In this document: in pieces, positions 30,322 to 40,041 of the stretch
How the letters are laid out: the number at the start of each line of letters is the position of its first letter
Numbering within the stretch: position 1 is the stretch's first letter
Source: an uncultured Verrucomicrobiae bacterium
Lineage (GTDB): Bacteria; Verrucomicrobiota; Verrucomicrobiia; Limisphaerales; Palsa-1400
NCBI GenBank assembly: GCA_963764165.1
Contig: CAVXRD010000002.1
Location: 2,688,001-2,752,000 of the forward strand
DNA length: 64,000 bases
Direction: 5' to 3'
The notes under the pieces: generated by a model
The model's input: only the letters and a program-made list of their open reading frames with translations
Databases searched by the model: none
Told to the model about the DNA's origin: nothing
Made by a program: the position numbers and the translations under genes

Positions 30322-30551
30322 TGCTTGAACAATCGTGTTCCAGTTTGCCATGCGTCCTAAATACCACGAAAGGATGTATTTACAAGCGTAATTGACGTGA
30401 AAGGCTTTCAGGCTTATATTGCTCCCTGTCGCCGCCAACGCGTGCTCTTTGACATATTGCGGATTTTCGCGATTCCGGGCCGGGGGGCCTAATGATGCGT
30501 GATCGGGGCATTGCACGGTATTGCACCCTATTGCACCCTTGGTTTTCGCGA
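30322..30551 (-). repeat. Dispersed ~230-bp non-coding element, copy 1
   Basis: Reverse complement aligns by eye with 36802-37124 (CGCGAAAACC.AGGGTGCAATAGGGTGCAATA...CCCCGATCACG...TCAAAGA.CACGC...GTCAATTA.GCTTG...ACGATTGTTCA). Confidence 0.75.
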
Positions 30552-30603
30552 CGAAAAGCTCGTCACCCCGGGCTCTCGTTCGGCGGCTGACTCGAACCGG
30601 AAA

Positions 30604-30699
30604 TTGAACAGGAGGGAAGACCGAGGACGCAGAGATAACGGCCCTTTTCTCTAGGAATCGTTTTCTCTTCTCTGCGCCCTCGGTCTTCCTCCTGTTCAA
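30604..30699. repeat. CGCAGAG-type imperfect inverted repeat
   Basis: TTGAACAGGAGGGAAGACCGAGGACGCAGAGA / TCTCTGCGCCCTCGGTCTTCCTCCTGTTCAA. Confidence 0.8.
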
Positions 30700-30797
30700 G
30701 GCTTTATTTTCCCAGCAACGTGGGTGAGACGCCTCTAGTGACGCTTGAATCCATTTCGATTCTTGCAATTCGCCGCCATTGAGAGGATTCAATTCCG

Positions 30798-32057
30798 ATG
30801 CAAATTCACCGGCGTGAGTTCATTCGCAGCGGTTGCGTGGCGGCGGCTGCCGTGGGCGCATCGTCGATTTTTTCGCAACTTTCTCCCGCCCATGAAAAAC
30901 AAATGCTTCCGATTGATGAATCTTTCGACCAGACGGTGAACGCGTTTATGAAAGCGCGCCGTGTTCCCGGCGGGGCGCTGGCGGTGGTGAAAGATCGCCG
31001 GTTGGTCTACGCCAGGGGATACGGCTTTTCCGATTTAGATAAGAAGGAAGCCGTCAAACCGGATGCGCTTTTTCGTATCGCCAGCATTTCAAAGCCGTTC
31101 ACCGGGGTGGCGGTGATCAAGCTCGTCGCAGCGGGGCGGCTCGACATCGATGCGCCCGCGTTTCCGCTCCTTGGCATTGAGCCGCTGCCTGGCAAGACGC
31201 CTGACGCGCGCTTGAACCAAATTACCGTCCGGCATTTGCTGCATCATACGGGAGGATGGGACCGCGACAAGAGCGGCGATCCAATGTTCATGTCGGAGAA
31301 AATTGCCCACGCTGTCGGCGACACGCCGCCTGCCATGCAGCGCGCCATCATTCGTTACATGATGGGGCAGCCGCTGGATTTCGACCCGGGCGGCAAATAC
31401 GCCTATTCCAATTTCGGCTACTGCGTGCTTGGGCGCATCGTTGAGAAAATCTCCGGCCAGAAGTACGACCAATTCGTGCAAAAGGAAGTGTTGGCGCCCA
31501 TCGGAATTCACCGGATGCGCCAAGGCAGGTCCGCCCTGGCCGATCGCGCTCCAGGGGAAGTCATGTATTACATGCCCGAGCGCAAAGCGGGCGAGGACGC
31601 AGCGAAGACGCAGCCATATGCGGGATTCTGCCTGGAAGCGATGGATTCGCATGGCGCGTGGATCGCATCGGCGGTTGACTTGGTGCGATTTGTCGCTGCG
31701 CTGGATGATCCGGCGCGCGCGAATTGGTTTTCGCAGCCGGCCCATCGCATGCTTTACGAGCCGCCGGCCCGGCCCGTCTCGCGCGCGGCCAACGGCGCCA
31801 TGGAACCAACGTATTACGCGTGCGGCTGGTCCGTGCGGCCCGTTGGAAACGCGGCGAACTACTGGCACAACGGCAGCCTGCCCGGCACCGCGACGCTGCT
31901 GGTGCGGCGTTACGACGGATTGTCCTGGGCCATGCTTTTCAACCAGCGTTCCAACGACAAAAAACTTCCCGACGGCGAAATCGACGGTGCGCTGCACCGG
32001 GCCGCCGATTCGGTGGCGGAGTGGCCCGCGCACGATCTGTTCGGGAGCTTCGCGTGA
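30798..32057 (+). CDS. Tat-exported serine hydrolase (beta-lactamase/AmpC-like fold)
   Basis: IHRREFI Tat motif, FRIASISK (SxxK), YSNFGY, WHNGSLPG. Confidence 0.9.
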   Translation: MQIHRREFIRSGCVAAAAVGASSIFSQLSPAHEKQMLPIDESFDQTVNAFMKARRVPGGALAVVKDRRLVYARGYGFSDLDKKEAVKPDALFRIASISKPFTGVAVIKLVAAGRLDIDAPAFPLLGIEPLPGKTPDARLNQITVRHLLHHTGGWDRDKSGDPMFMSEKIAHAVGDTPPAMQRAIIRYMMGQPLDFDPGGKYAYSNFGYCVLGRIVEKISGQKYDQFVQKEVLAPIGIHRMRQGRSALADRAPGEVMYYMPERKAGEDAAKTQPYAGFCLEAMDSHGAWIASAVDLVRFVAALDDPARANWFSQPAHRMLYEPPARPVSRAANGAMEPTYYACGWSVRPVGNAANYWHNGSLPGTATLLVRRYDGLSWAMLFNQRSNDKKLPDGEIDGALHRAADSVAEWPAHDLFGSFA

Positions 32058-32410
32058 GATGTTTCACTCACGACGCGGTGGCCGTTGGAACGTGCGCAAA
32101 TTGCGGACGCGGCCTGTGCCCGGAGTGCGTTCGAATTGCGCCCGGCAGCGGTTCCCGGCTGACGTGCTCGGACGCCTGCGCCAACGCGCTCGCGCAACGA
32201 GATCGTTCTCTCGAAATGCTGCTGGATAAAAGCAGGCAAGGCGCGCGGGCCAATTCGGTTTATTACTTTGTCAGCGGAATACTTTCAGCGGGCGCCGCGC
32301 TGGCCTCGTGGCACTGGGAAATGCCCCAATTGCTGACTTGGTTTTTGGGCGGCTCCGCCGTCGCTTTGATCGTTTCAGGAATTTGGTTTGGGCGCGCGGC
32401 GAGGCGGTAG
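32054..32410 (+). CDS. Hypothetical membrane protein with N-terminal Cys/His zinc finger (B-box-like)
   Basis: GTG overlapping the upstream stop; CFTH...CANCGRGLCPEC...CSDAC, then two TM helices. Confidence 0.75.
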   Translation: MRCFTHDAVAVGTCANCGRGLCPECVRIAPGSGSRLTCSDACANALAQRDRSLEMLLDKSRQGARANSVYYFVSGILSAGAALASWHWEMPQLLTWFLGGSAVALIVSGIWFGRAARR

Positions 32411-32819
32411 AGCGGGTCGGGCGCGTCTCACTTTTTGGGCAAATGGCTCAGAGCATTAGCTCCGTAGGAGCGGCATAATCCCGGCGGCATCAAATTATTA
32501 TAATTCCGAATCCCTCAAACTGTTGAATGCGTGACAAATCAAAACGCAACCTTGATTTGCGAATAACACGATTTGCCTTCGTCTGGCACACCGTCATACT
32601 TTGGCGAAGTTACGAAGACGAAGTCGCGAAAGGCTCTGGATTACCCGGATCAGACACGCGGAAGCAAATTGGCGGCGGAAAGTAAGGAAGAAGGCAAACG
32701 CGCTTTCCCCTAAACAGCGTGCGAAGCTTTTCGAAAAGGCATGGCGATAATCTATGGGGGCGACGGGACAAAGGAAGCTTCTCGCACTTGACACCAATTT
32801 TCTTTCCTCGCCGCGATGT

Positions 32820-33674
32820 TTATTTCTTCCGTTCTCGAGCGCTGGGATGAAGGTGAATCGGCGGCGGAATTGGAATCGCGCGTGAGGGCGTGGGGGGCTT
32901 GGGCAACGCAGACGGCGCTGGGGGCGCGGGCGTGGCCGGCGGCACCGGCGTTCCGATGATCGTTGGTTTTGCGGAGGCCGGGTGAATAATCGAGTTGGCT
33001 ATCTCGCCAATTTTCGTGTCCGGGAATTTCATTTCGCCGAAGTGAAAACCGGCGCGCGATGCGGCTTCATCGATGACTCCGCCAAGTGTGGGAAATTGGA
33101 GCGGCGCAGGAGCATTGGACCGTTCCAGGACGTCATAGCCATTGACGACCCACTCAAGCTGGCCGGTGCGGATGTCTACCATCAAGCCTTGCACGGGCAC
33201 GCGCGGGCCGATGAGCGGACTTTGCCGGATTAATTCCACCGCGCGCACGACATTGTGGTGCTCGCTGTCAAACACACCAAAATATTCCGCGATGTTGTCT
33301 GGCAATTGAGAGCGCGGGATTCCCAGCCCTTTGAAAAGCTCGGTCAATTCGTTGATCGTCGTGTGGCGGACTTTGCAATCGGTATGGCCGATGACAACTA
33401 TCTCGCGGCCGCCCTTCACGGCGCACGCCAGCGAGATCGAGCGCATGGTGCTGCTCAGCGGGGACGTGATGATGTTGCCCGCGTTGCGGAGCCAGATGAA
33501 CTGCTCGTCCGGCAAGGCCAGCGCGCCCGGCAGAAGCCGGTTCAAGCGCGGGTCAATGCACGTCAGCGCGACGATCGGAAGCTCCGCCGTATAATCGGCC
33601 ACATGGATGCCGGCGGACAGGTCTCCCGACACAGCCCGGCGGTTTGCGTCAAGTATGGCTTCAAAAAGTCGCAT
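32820..33674 (-). CDS. Beta-class carbonic anhydrase with Pro-rich tail
   Basis: TCIDPRL, LRNAGN, GHTDC zinc ligands. Confidence 0.88.
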   Translation of the reverse strand: MRLFEAILDANRRAVSGDLSAGIHVADYTAELPIVALTCIDPRLNRLLPGALALPDEQFIWLRNAGNIITSPLSSTMRSISLACAVKGGREIVVIGHTDCKVRHTTINELTELFKGLGIPRSQLPDNIAEYFGVFDSEHHNVVRAVELIRQSPLIGPRVPVQGLMVDIRTGQLEWVVNGYDVLERSNAPAPLQFPTLGGVIDEAASRAGFHFGEMKFPDTKIGEIANSIIHPASAKPTIIGTPVPPATPAPPAPSALPKPPTPSRAIPIPPPIHLHPSARERKK

Positions 33675-33764
33675 GCTCAGTTTCGTCAATTTTCTGCAAC
33701 CGATGCCTGCTTGGCTTCGGTGTTCATGCTGAATATTTATACAGCCGAATCAGCGATGGCAACG

Positions 33765-35312
33765 TCACTTTTGTTCGTCCGCTGGGGGTGGCGGTTCGCT
33801 GGTCTGGCGCTGCTCCATCGCTTTTCGCAGCGCAGGAACTTGCTCGATCAATTTCTCGAACTTGATGCCGGTCAAGCTTTCGATCACCGGCGGAAGCTGG
33901 CTCATGATCTGGGTGACGTCGCCGGTCAATTTGCTGGCGCCGCCGCCGGGGCCGTCGCCGCTGTTGATGATCACAATCTTCTCCGTCTTTCCCAGCGGCT
34001 CGCTGACTTTGCCCGCCAATTCCGGCAGGATGCGCACAATCATTTCCACAATGGCCGCCTGATTGTATTGCTTGAAGGATTCCGCCTTGAGCTTCATCGC
34101 TTCGGCGGTCGCCGCGCCTTGCGCTTCGATCACGGATGCCTCGGCCAAACCGCGCGCTTTGTTGGCTTCGGCTTCGGCCAGGCCGGTGGCTTTCGCAACG
34201 TCGGCGGCGGCGAAACCCCGGGCCTTGGTGGCGGAAGCATTGCCAGCGGCTTCGGCTTCCAATTGGAACTTGGTGGCGTTGGCCAGCGTTTCGACGCGGT
34301 AACGCTCCGCATCGGCCGGCTTCTGCACGTTGGCTTCCAATTCGCGCTGCTTGCGCATGATTTCCTGCTGTTGCAACTCGATCTGCTTCTGTTTCTCAAT
34401 GATGCTGACTTGAATTTCCTCGGCCTTCACCAACTGGCCGGTCTTGAATTTCTGCAAGTCGTAAGCGAGGTCGGCCTCGGCTTTCTTTTGATTGACAGCA
34501 GCTTGGTATTGCGCGACGTTCGATTGATAATCCCGCTGCGCCTCGGCGATCTTCGTGTCGGCGACGTATTTCGCTTCCTGGCCGGCTTGGGTGGCTTGGG
34601 CGGAGCGGATCATCGCGTCGCGATCCGCCTCGGCCTGGGCGATGGTGGCGTCGCGTTTGACTTGGGCGATGCGCGGCTTGCCCAGCGCGTCCAGGTAACC
34701 TTGCGTGTCGCGAATATCGCGGATTGTAAAACTCACAATGGACAAACCCATGTTGGCCATGTCGCCCGCCGCGACCTCCTGCACCTTGGATGCGAACGCG
34801 TCGCGATTCTGGTAAATGTCCTCGACGGTCATCGTTCCCAAAATGGCGCGCAGGTGGCCTTCGAGCGTCTGCATGGCGACGCCTTTGATTTCGTCGATGG
34901 TCTTGCTCAAGACTTGCTCGGCGGCGGTGGCGATCGAAACGTCGTCACCCTTGATTTTGATTTGCGCCACGCCATCGACTTTCACCGGGACACCTTTGCT
35001 GGTGTAAACTTCCGGCGTTTGGACATCGATGGTCAGCAATTCCAGCGAAAGAATGTCGACCTTCTCCAAAGCAGGGAGGACAAACGTGCCGCCACCTTTG
35101 ACAACGCGGAAGCCGCGATACTGCACAGAGCCATCAGGACTCACAAACTTATGCCTATGACCGGAGACGATCAGGACCTGGTTGGGCCCGACTTTCGTGT
35201 AGCGGCTGGCGAGGACGGCGGCGACAAGAAACAGGAAAACCACCAGACCGACGACTGCCATGATGACCGTGGCGAGGCCACCAAGTTCCAAGGCGGCGAA
35301 GTAGGCATGCAT
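33765..35312 (-). CDS. Flotillin/SPFH-domain protein
   Basis: N-terminal TM, SPFH domain (TLEGHLRAILGTMTVE), AEA-rich coiled coil. Confidence 0.93.
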   Translation of the reverse strand: MHAYFAALELGGLATVIMAVVGLVVFLFLVAAVLASRYTKVGPNQVLIVSGHRHKFVSPDGSVQYRGFRVVKGGGTFVLPALEKVDILSLELLTIDVQTPEVYTSKGVPVKVDGVAQIKIKGDDVSIATAAEQVLSKTIDEIKGVAMQTLEGHLRAILGTMTVEDIYQNRDAFASKVQEVAAGDMANMGLSIVSFTIRDIRDTQGYLDALGKPRIAQVKRDATIAQAEADRDAMIRSAQATQAGQEAKYVADTKIAEAQRDYQSNVAQYQAAVNQKKAEADLAYDLQKFKTGQLVKAEEIQVSIIEKQKQIELQQQEIMRKQRELEANVQKPADAERYRVETLANATKFQLEAEAAGNASATKARGFAAADVAKATGLAEAEANKARGLAEASVIEAQGAATAEAMKLKAESFKQYNQAAIVEMIVRILPELAGKVSEPLGKTEKIVIINSGDGPGGGASKLTGDVTQIMSQLPPVIESLTGIKFEKLIEQVPALRKAMEQRQTSEPPPPADEQK

Positions 35313-35355
35313 AAAGTTCCTTAAGGTTGCAGGGTTGAGGTTTGGGAAAGTTTAT

Positions 35356-35916
35356 TCAAACAAGCGAGACAAAGAATTGCGATTCCGCCACGCGCGTTAT
35401 TTTGACAGTCTGGCCGGTGGCCACCGGCAGGCCGGCTTGCTCGCGGGCGGGAGCGGTGTAACGGCTGCCGCCCTGCACATAGGCAATTTCGCCGACGCCC
35501 GCCGCCGGGATTGGCGAAATGACGGTGGCGGTTTTGCCGAGCAGTGAACTAGTTTGGCCTTCACTGGAGCTCTGGGTGCGACGGAAAACGTAGCCGAACA
35601 ATGCCGTCACCGCGAGGGCAATGAAAAGGCCGCCCACCAGCGAGAGAGGAGTGCTGATCCAGACGCTCTTGGTCGGGCCGATGTGGGAGAATATCAAGCC
35701 AAACCCGCCAAACGCCGTGAGAAAGGCGCAGATGGCAGTGGGGCTGAAAAGTGAAATGCCGGGCATTCCGGTGTGCTCATAACCCGCTTCGGCGTGGCCA
35801 CCCGTTCCGAGATCCATGTGCCCGTCCGTCCCGCTGATGTGGTGCCCAAAAAAGACGCTGACAACCGTAAAGAGGAGGCCGAACAAGAAACAGCCCAAAT
35901 ATACATACTCTTCCAT
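35356..35916 (-). CDS. NfeD-family membrane protein
   Basis: Three TMs plus C-terminal OB-like LLGKTATVISPIP...GEI; canonical position upstream of flotillin. Confidence 0.85.
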   Translation of the reverse strand: MEEYVYLGCFLFGLLFTVVSVFFGHHISGTDGHMDLGTGGHAEAGYEHTGMPGISLFSPTAICAFLTAFGGFGLIFSHIGPTKSVWISTPLSLVGGLFIALAVTALFGYVFRRTQSSSEGQTSSLLGKTATVISPIPAAGVGEIAYVQGGSRYTAPAREQAGLPVATGQTVKITRVAESQFFVSLV

Positions 35917-36020
35917 AGTCGTGTCCTTTCGCTGGCCGCCAGGCATTTTATCTGGCGACACCTCAGGTATACAGAGCGCGGCGGGCGAAAGCAGCTATAA
36001 AATGAACAGCCATTTGTAAC

Positions 36021-36147
36021 GGGTGGGGGACAAAATTCTTCGGCGCGATGTTCGTTGAAGGTGGCAGAGGCGTCTCGCCTCTGCCGGTCTGCTTGAGCGG
36101 CGGGATGCCACTGCCACTCTGTTCGTGAAGAATTTTGTCCCGCGCCC
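36021..36147. repeat. MITE-like element, family C, with internal GTGG-REP pair
   Basis: GGGTGGGGGACAAAATTCTTC ... GAAGAATTTTGTCCCGCGCCC; internal GTGGCAGAGGCGTCTCGCCTCTGCC. Confidence 0.7.
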
Positions 36148-36284
36148 TTTGCAACGGCGGTCAGCTTCGGAACCCACCAAAAGGCCTCTTGCAGTTTTCA
36201 ATGGAATGAGAATTTCGATGCAGCCGTTGACCGGAAATCCGCTGGAAGAAAGCAAGCCGTGGCAGAGCACATCATTGAATATGC

Positions 36285-36720
36285 ATATAATCTCGAAAAA
36301 CCCGCTACACCCGCTACATCGTTGATTATCAACCAGATAAACCGCTACATTTGGTTCCTCGCCATTTTCGGTGGAATGAGACAACTGGTTAGCCGTCGTT
36401 CCGGGACAACCCATTTGGAATCCAGGGTTGGTCTTGGCTTGGCCAAAGCTCGGTATAGTATATGATCTCGAAAAAGGGGCAACACCCGCTACACGGTTGA
36501 CTATCAACGAGATAAGGGGCAACAAAAATAGCAACAAACCCGCAACAGACCCGCAACATTTCTTCCCGCGCTGTCGGGTTGCATGAAACGCGGCGTCTTT
36601 CCGTCGTTCCCTTAAAATTTTCATCAAGATGCCTGCACCCTCATTGTTCCATTGAAAACAGCGAGGAACCCTACATTTGGGGCTACAGAGCCGCTACAAA
36701 CCCGCTACATTTCTTCCGGC
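36285..36720 (+). repeat. Three degenerate direct-repeat units rich in CCGCTACA/GCAACA, two with a GTTGA(T/C)TATCAAC palindrome
   Basis: Units at about 36285-36355, 36460-36566 and 36640-36718; palindromes at 36321-36333 and 36496-36508. Confidence 0.7.
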
Positions 36721-36801
36721 GGGTGCGAATTCTGGGTGCGCGACCGTCCTGGACGCCCTGGTTAGCGTCTCGCCAACCATGCAAATGCGCCCCCCGCCTT
36801 A

Positions 36802-37124
36802 TCGCGAAAACCGAGGGTGCAATAGGGTGCAATAGCCTGCAACGCCCCGATCACGATTTCCGTTCCTCTGCGCACTCATCTTCTCTGCGCGAGAGTTCCT
36901 TTCCTTTGGTGGTTTCATCGCGGCAAGAAACGCAATCGCGCGCAGAGGAGCGGAGCACGCAGAGGTTCCCCGCGGCCCTGAAATGAACGCAAAATATCAA
37001 AGAACACGCCCTGACGGCGAGAGGGGAAAAATAAGGCCGAAAACCTTGTTTGTCAATTATGCTTGCAATTACACGCTTATGTGGCATTTTGCCCATGACA
37101 AACGAAACAACGATTGTTCAGGCG
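36802..37124 (+). repeat. Dispersed non-coding element, copy 2, interrupted by a CGCAGAG-type hairpin (36862-36965)
   Basis: Homologous to 30322-30551 in inverted orientation. Confidence 0.75.
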
Positions 37125-37195
37125 GGATCGGAAGCCATATTTCATTCCACTGAAAAGACTAGGGGGAACCCCACAAACTCAATAACGAACCACCC

Positions 37196-37273
37196 AAGCT
37201 CGCCGCGCTCCAGACGCACAACCAAAGCTTGATGCAGCAGCTTTTCCCTTCCCCGCCTGGGGTGGCAGCATGA
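37196..37273 (+). pseudogene. hsdS: 3'-terminal fragment of type I RM specificity subunit
   Basis: Translates KLAALQTHNQSLMQQLFPSPPGVAA*, matching the familiar HsdS C-terminal helix (KL.ALK.HKKGLMQQLFP). Confidence 0.75.
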
Positions 37274-37492
37274 GGAAAGGGGTTGCCGCTTCGCAGTCTT
37301 GGCAGCCTCTGTGGTGGAGTTGTTCCAGAAACGAAAATGAGACCGCGCAAGCTCACCAGCCTCACCGTTCAGAAACTCAGGGCGCCCATCGTGAAACACC
37401 TCGAAATGTCAATTGATGTCTTGCGGGGAAGTTGAGACGCGCGTATGCTTCGTCTATTGCGAATTTAATTTCCTCAACTCTGAGCCGTTCAC

Positions 37493-38005
37493 ATGAACAG
37501 ACACCAATTGGCCACGCTAATTTCTTGGGCCGGGGAACAAGGATTCTCCGGGCGCAAACGCCTGCAAAAGGTCGTGTTCTTTTTACAGCAGGCAGGTTGT
37601 GATTTAAGGTGCCACTACACACTGCATCACTTCGGCCCTTACTCGCGAGATGTCGCCCATGCCTGCGACGAGATGGTGGCAGCGGGATTGGTCATTGAAG
37701 ACGGCGGGCCGCAGAACGGCAACATGCAATACTTATACAAGCTGAAGCCCGATATTCGGGAGTTGGTCAACCAGTCCCCTGAGCCCCAAGTAGAGGAATT
37801 TCAGGCTCTCGGCAAGGAGTTGATTGAGAAGGACCTTTGGCAGTTGGAGCTAGGCTCGACCATCCTCTTCTTTCATCGGCAGAAGCTTGATTGGAATCAC
37901 GCATTGGACGAGGCGTGCAAATTCAAAAAGGTGTCAACGACTGATGAAGCCAGCCAAAGCGCGCTCAGCCTCGCAAAGCGTTTTCACGCTGAGGACGCAA
38001 GCTAA
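37493..38005 (+). CDS. YwgA-like (SocA/Panacea-like) winged-helix protein
   Basis: GRKRLQKVVFFLQ...YTLHHFGPYS...GLVIE...YLYKL resembles Bacillus YwgA. Confidence 0.75.
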   Translation: MNRHQLATLISWAGEQGFSGRKRLQKVVFFLQQAGCDLRCHYTLHHFGPYSRDVAHACDEMVAAGLVIEDGGPQNGNMQYLYKLKPDIRELVNQSPEPQVEEFQALGKELIEKDLWQLELGSTILFFHRQKLDWNHALDEACKFKKVSTTDEASQSALSLAKRFHAEDAS

Positions 38006-38021
38006 CCATCGAGGTTGACGG

Positions 38022-39375
38022 GTGTCCGACAAAGTCTTTCGCGATCCGCTTTACAATTACATCGCCTTCGATCGGAAGCGTGATGGTTGGTTGATTGACT
38101 TGATCAATTGTAAGGAAGTGCAGCGGCTGCGACGAATTCACCAGTTGGGCGTCAGCAATTTTACTTACCCCGGAGCGGACCACACGCGATTCGCCCACAG
38201 CCTCGGCGTGACCCACCTAATGCTGCTGGTGCTGGAACACCTCGAAGGCGTCAGCGATGCTGAGAAGATCAAAAAGGCCAGGCAGGCACTGCTGGCGACG
38301 GCCCTGTTGCATGACGTTGGACATGGTCCCTTCTCGCATCTTTTTGAGCCGTGTCTGGGCATCGACCACGAACAATGGTCCATCGCAGTCATCCGGGATG
38401 ACAATTCGCAGGTCCACCAGATTCTAAGAAAAGAGGATGCCTATCTTCCAAACCATGTTGCCGATCTGATCGGCTCAGATAACACGAAGCATCCAGCATG
38501 GCAACGGGCGCTCATGTCCAGTCAGTTGGACGTGGATCGATTGGACTATCTCCGCCGGGACAGTCTTTTCACTGGCGCGGGATACGGCCATTTCGATTGG
38601 CACCGTCTCCTGACCACTGTGCAATTCGACAAAGACGATACGGATTTGGTCTGGCCCGCAAAATCAGCGATGGCAATCGAAGAATACATCTTCGCCCGCT
38701 ATTACATGTATCAGAACGTCTATCTGCATAAGACCACACGGGGGTTTGAGCAGTTGCTTCAAGCAATGTGGAAGCGGGCTGACAGTCTCAGGCGGGACGG
38801 GAAAGATATAAACGCGAATCCTATTTTGGAAAGATTTTGGAAATCCGAGACGCCCGAGCCCGAAAAACTTCCAGTTGAAGATTATCTGAAAGTTGAGCAG
38901 TTCACAGGTACTTGAGCAGATTCAGCGGTGGACCTCACACTCCGACAAGTCGCTGGCCGATTGTGCGCGCCGCTTTCTTGATCGGGATGGTTTTGCCATG
39001 ATCGAACCGCCTCCACCGCCGAATCCCCTCAAGCCAGACGACTTGGGCAAGTGGGAGCCAGAGCTTCACAAGTTGCTGGAAAAAAAAGGCTATGAAGATC
39101 CCGAGATGTATTGCTTGTCGGATCGGATCCAAGGTAAATACCGCCAGCCCTATCGAGAGGAAAAGGACCCGGAAGCCCAGTCGGCTGTAAACACCATCCG
39201 CGTGGTGGTAGACAACAAGCCAATAGCAATCGGGGATTACTTGCCAAGGCTCAAAGCAGTGATTGCGCCACCCGAAGACCGGATTCTTTATTATGTTCCA
39301 AAGGAAATTCGCGAAGAAGCAAAAGCATTGAGCCAGCGGTTGCGGCCATCAGCAAATGTTGCCTTAAACTCATGA
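38022..39375 (+). pseudogene. HD-domain phosphohydrolase (YwfO/SAMHD1-like dNTPase family), one +1 frameshift near 38907
   Basis: RLRRIHQLG, HTRFAHSLGV, LLHDVGHGPFSH, LDVDRLDYLRRD, MYQNVYLHK. TTC ACA G GTA CTT joins ORFs 38022-38915 and 38893-39375 into about 450 aa. Confidence 0.85.
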
Positions 39376-40041
39376 CCGCTCAAAATCAACAACGCCTGGG
39401 CAAAGTCCTTTGGAACATCGCCGACCAGTTGCGCGGCGCGATGAACGCGGACGATTTCCGCGATTACATGCTGGCGTTCCTGTTCCTGCGCTATCTGTCG
39501 GACAATTACGAGGTCGCCGCCAAGCGGGAGTTGGGCCGGGATTATCCCGCCTTGCCCGCCGGGGACAACCGTGTGCCGCTGGCGCTCTGGTATGCCAACA
39601 ACCCGGCGGACGTGGTGGATTTCGAGAAGCAGATGCGGCGCAAGGTGCATTACGTCATCAAGCCGGACCATCTCTGGGCCAGCATCGCCAATCTGGCGAA
39701 GTCCCAAAGCGGGGAATTGCTCGAAACCTTGCGGGAAGGCTTCAAATACATTGAAAACGAATCGTTCGAGAGCACGTTCGGCGGACTATTTTCCGAAATC
39801 AATCTCGGTCGGAAAAGCTCGGCAAGACGCACGCGGACAAAAACCGGAAGCTGTGCGACATCATCAAGGAAATCGCCAAGGGGCTGAATGAATTTTCCAG
39901 CGACATTGACGCGCTGGGTGATGCCTACGAATATCTGATCGGCCAGTTCGCCGCCGGCTCGGGCAAAAAAGCGGGCGAGTTCTACACGCCGCAGCAGATT
40001 TCCACGATTCTTTCGCGCATCGTCACGCTGGACAGCCAGGA
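39372..40041 (+). pseudogene. hsdM: Type I RM methyltransferase, 5' part only, frameshifted near 39809
   Basis: LWNIADQLRGAMNADDFRDYML...; second frame DALGDAYEYLIGQFAAGSGKKAGEFYTPQQIS...DSQE, then abrupt break at a repeat. Confidence 0.92.

Noticed and set aside
30798..32057. Bona fide beta-lactamase resistance gene
   Set aside because: The SxxK/YxN fold is shared by esterases and peptidases; nothing here indicates beta-lactam hydrolysis.
32458..32477. AGCTCCGTAGGAGCGGCAT small hairpin as a separate repeat element
   Set aside because: Single half-copy in the window, so it cannot be established as a repeat from this sequence.
33255..35324. 689-aa plus-strand ORF (likewise 57607-59817, 20187-21530, 47762-48982 and 12612-13817)
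   Set aside because: Antisense to well-supported genes; long shadow ORFs are expected at high GC and these have no recognisable motifs.
36285..36720. CRISPR array
   Set aside because: Repeats are degenerate and irregularly spaced, with no constant repeat-spacer period and no cas genes.
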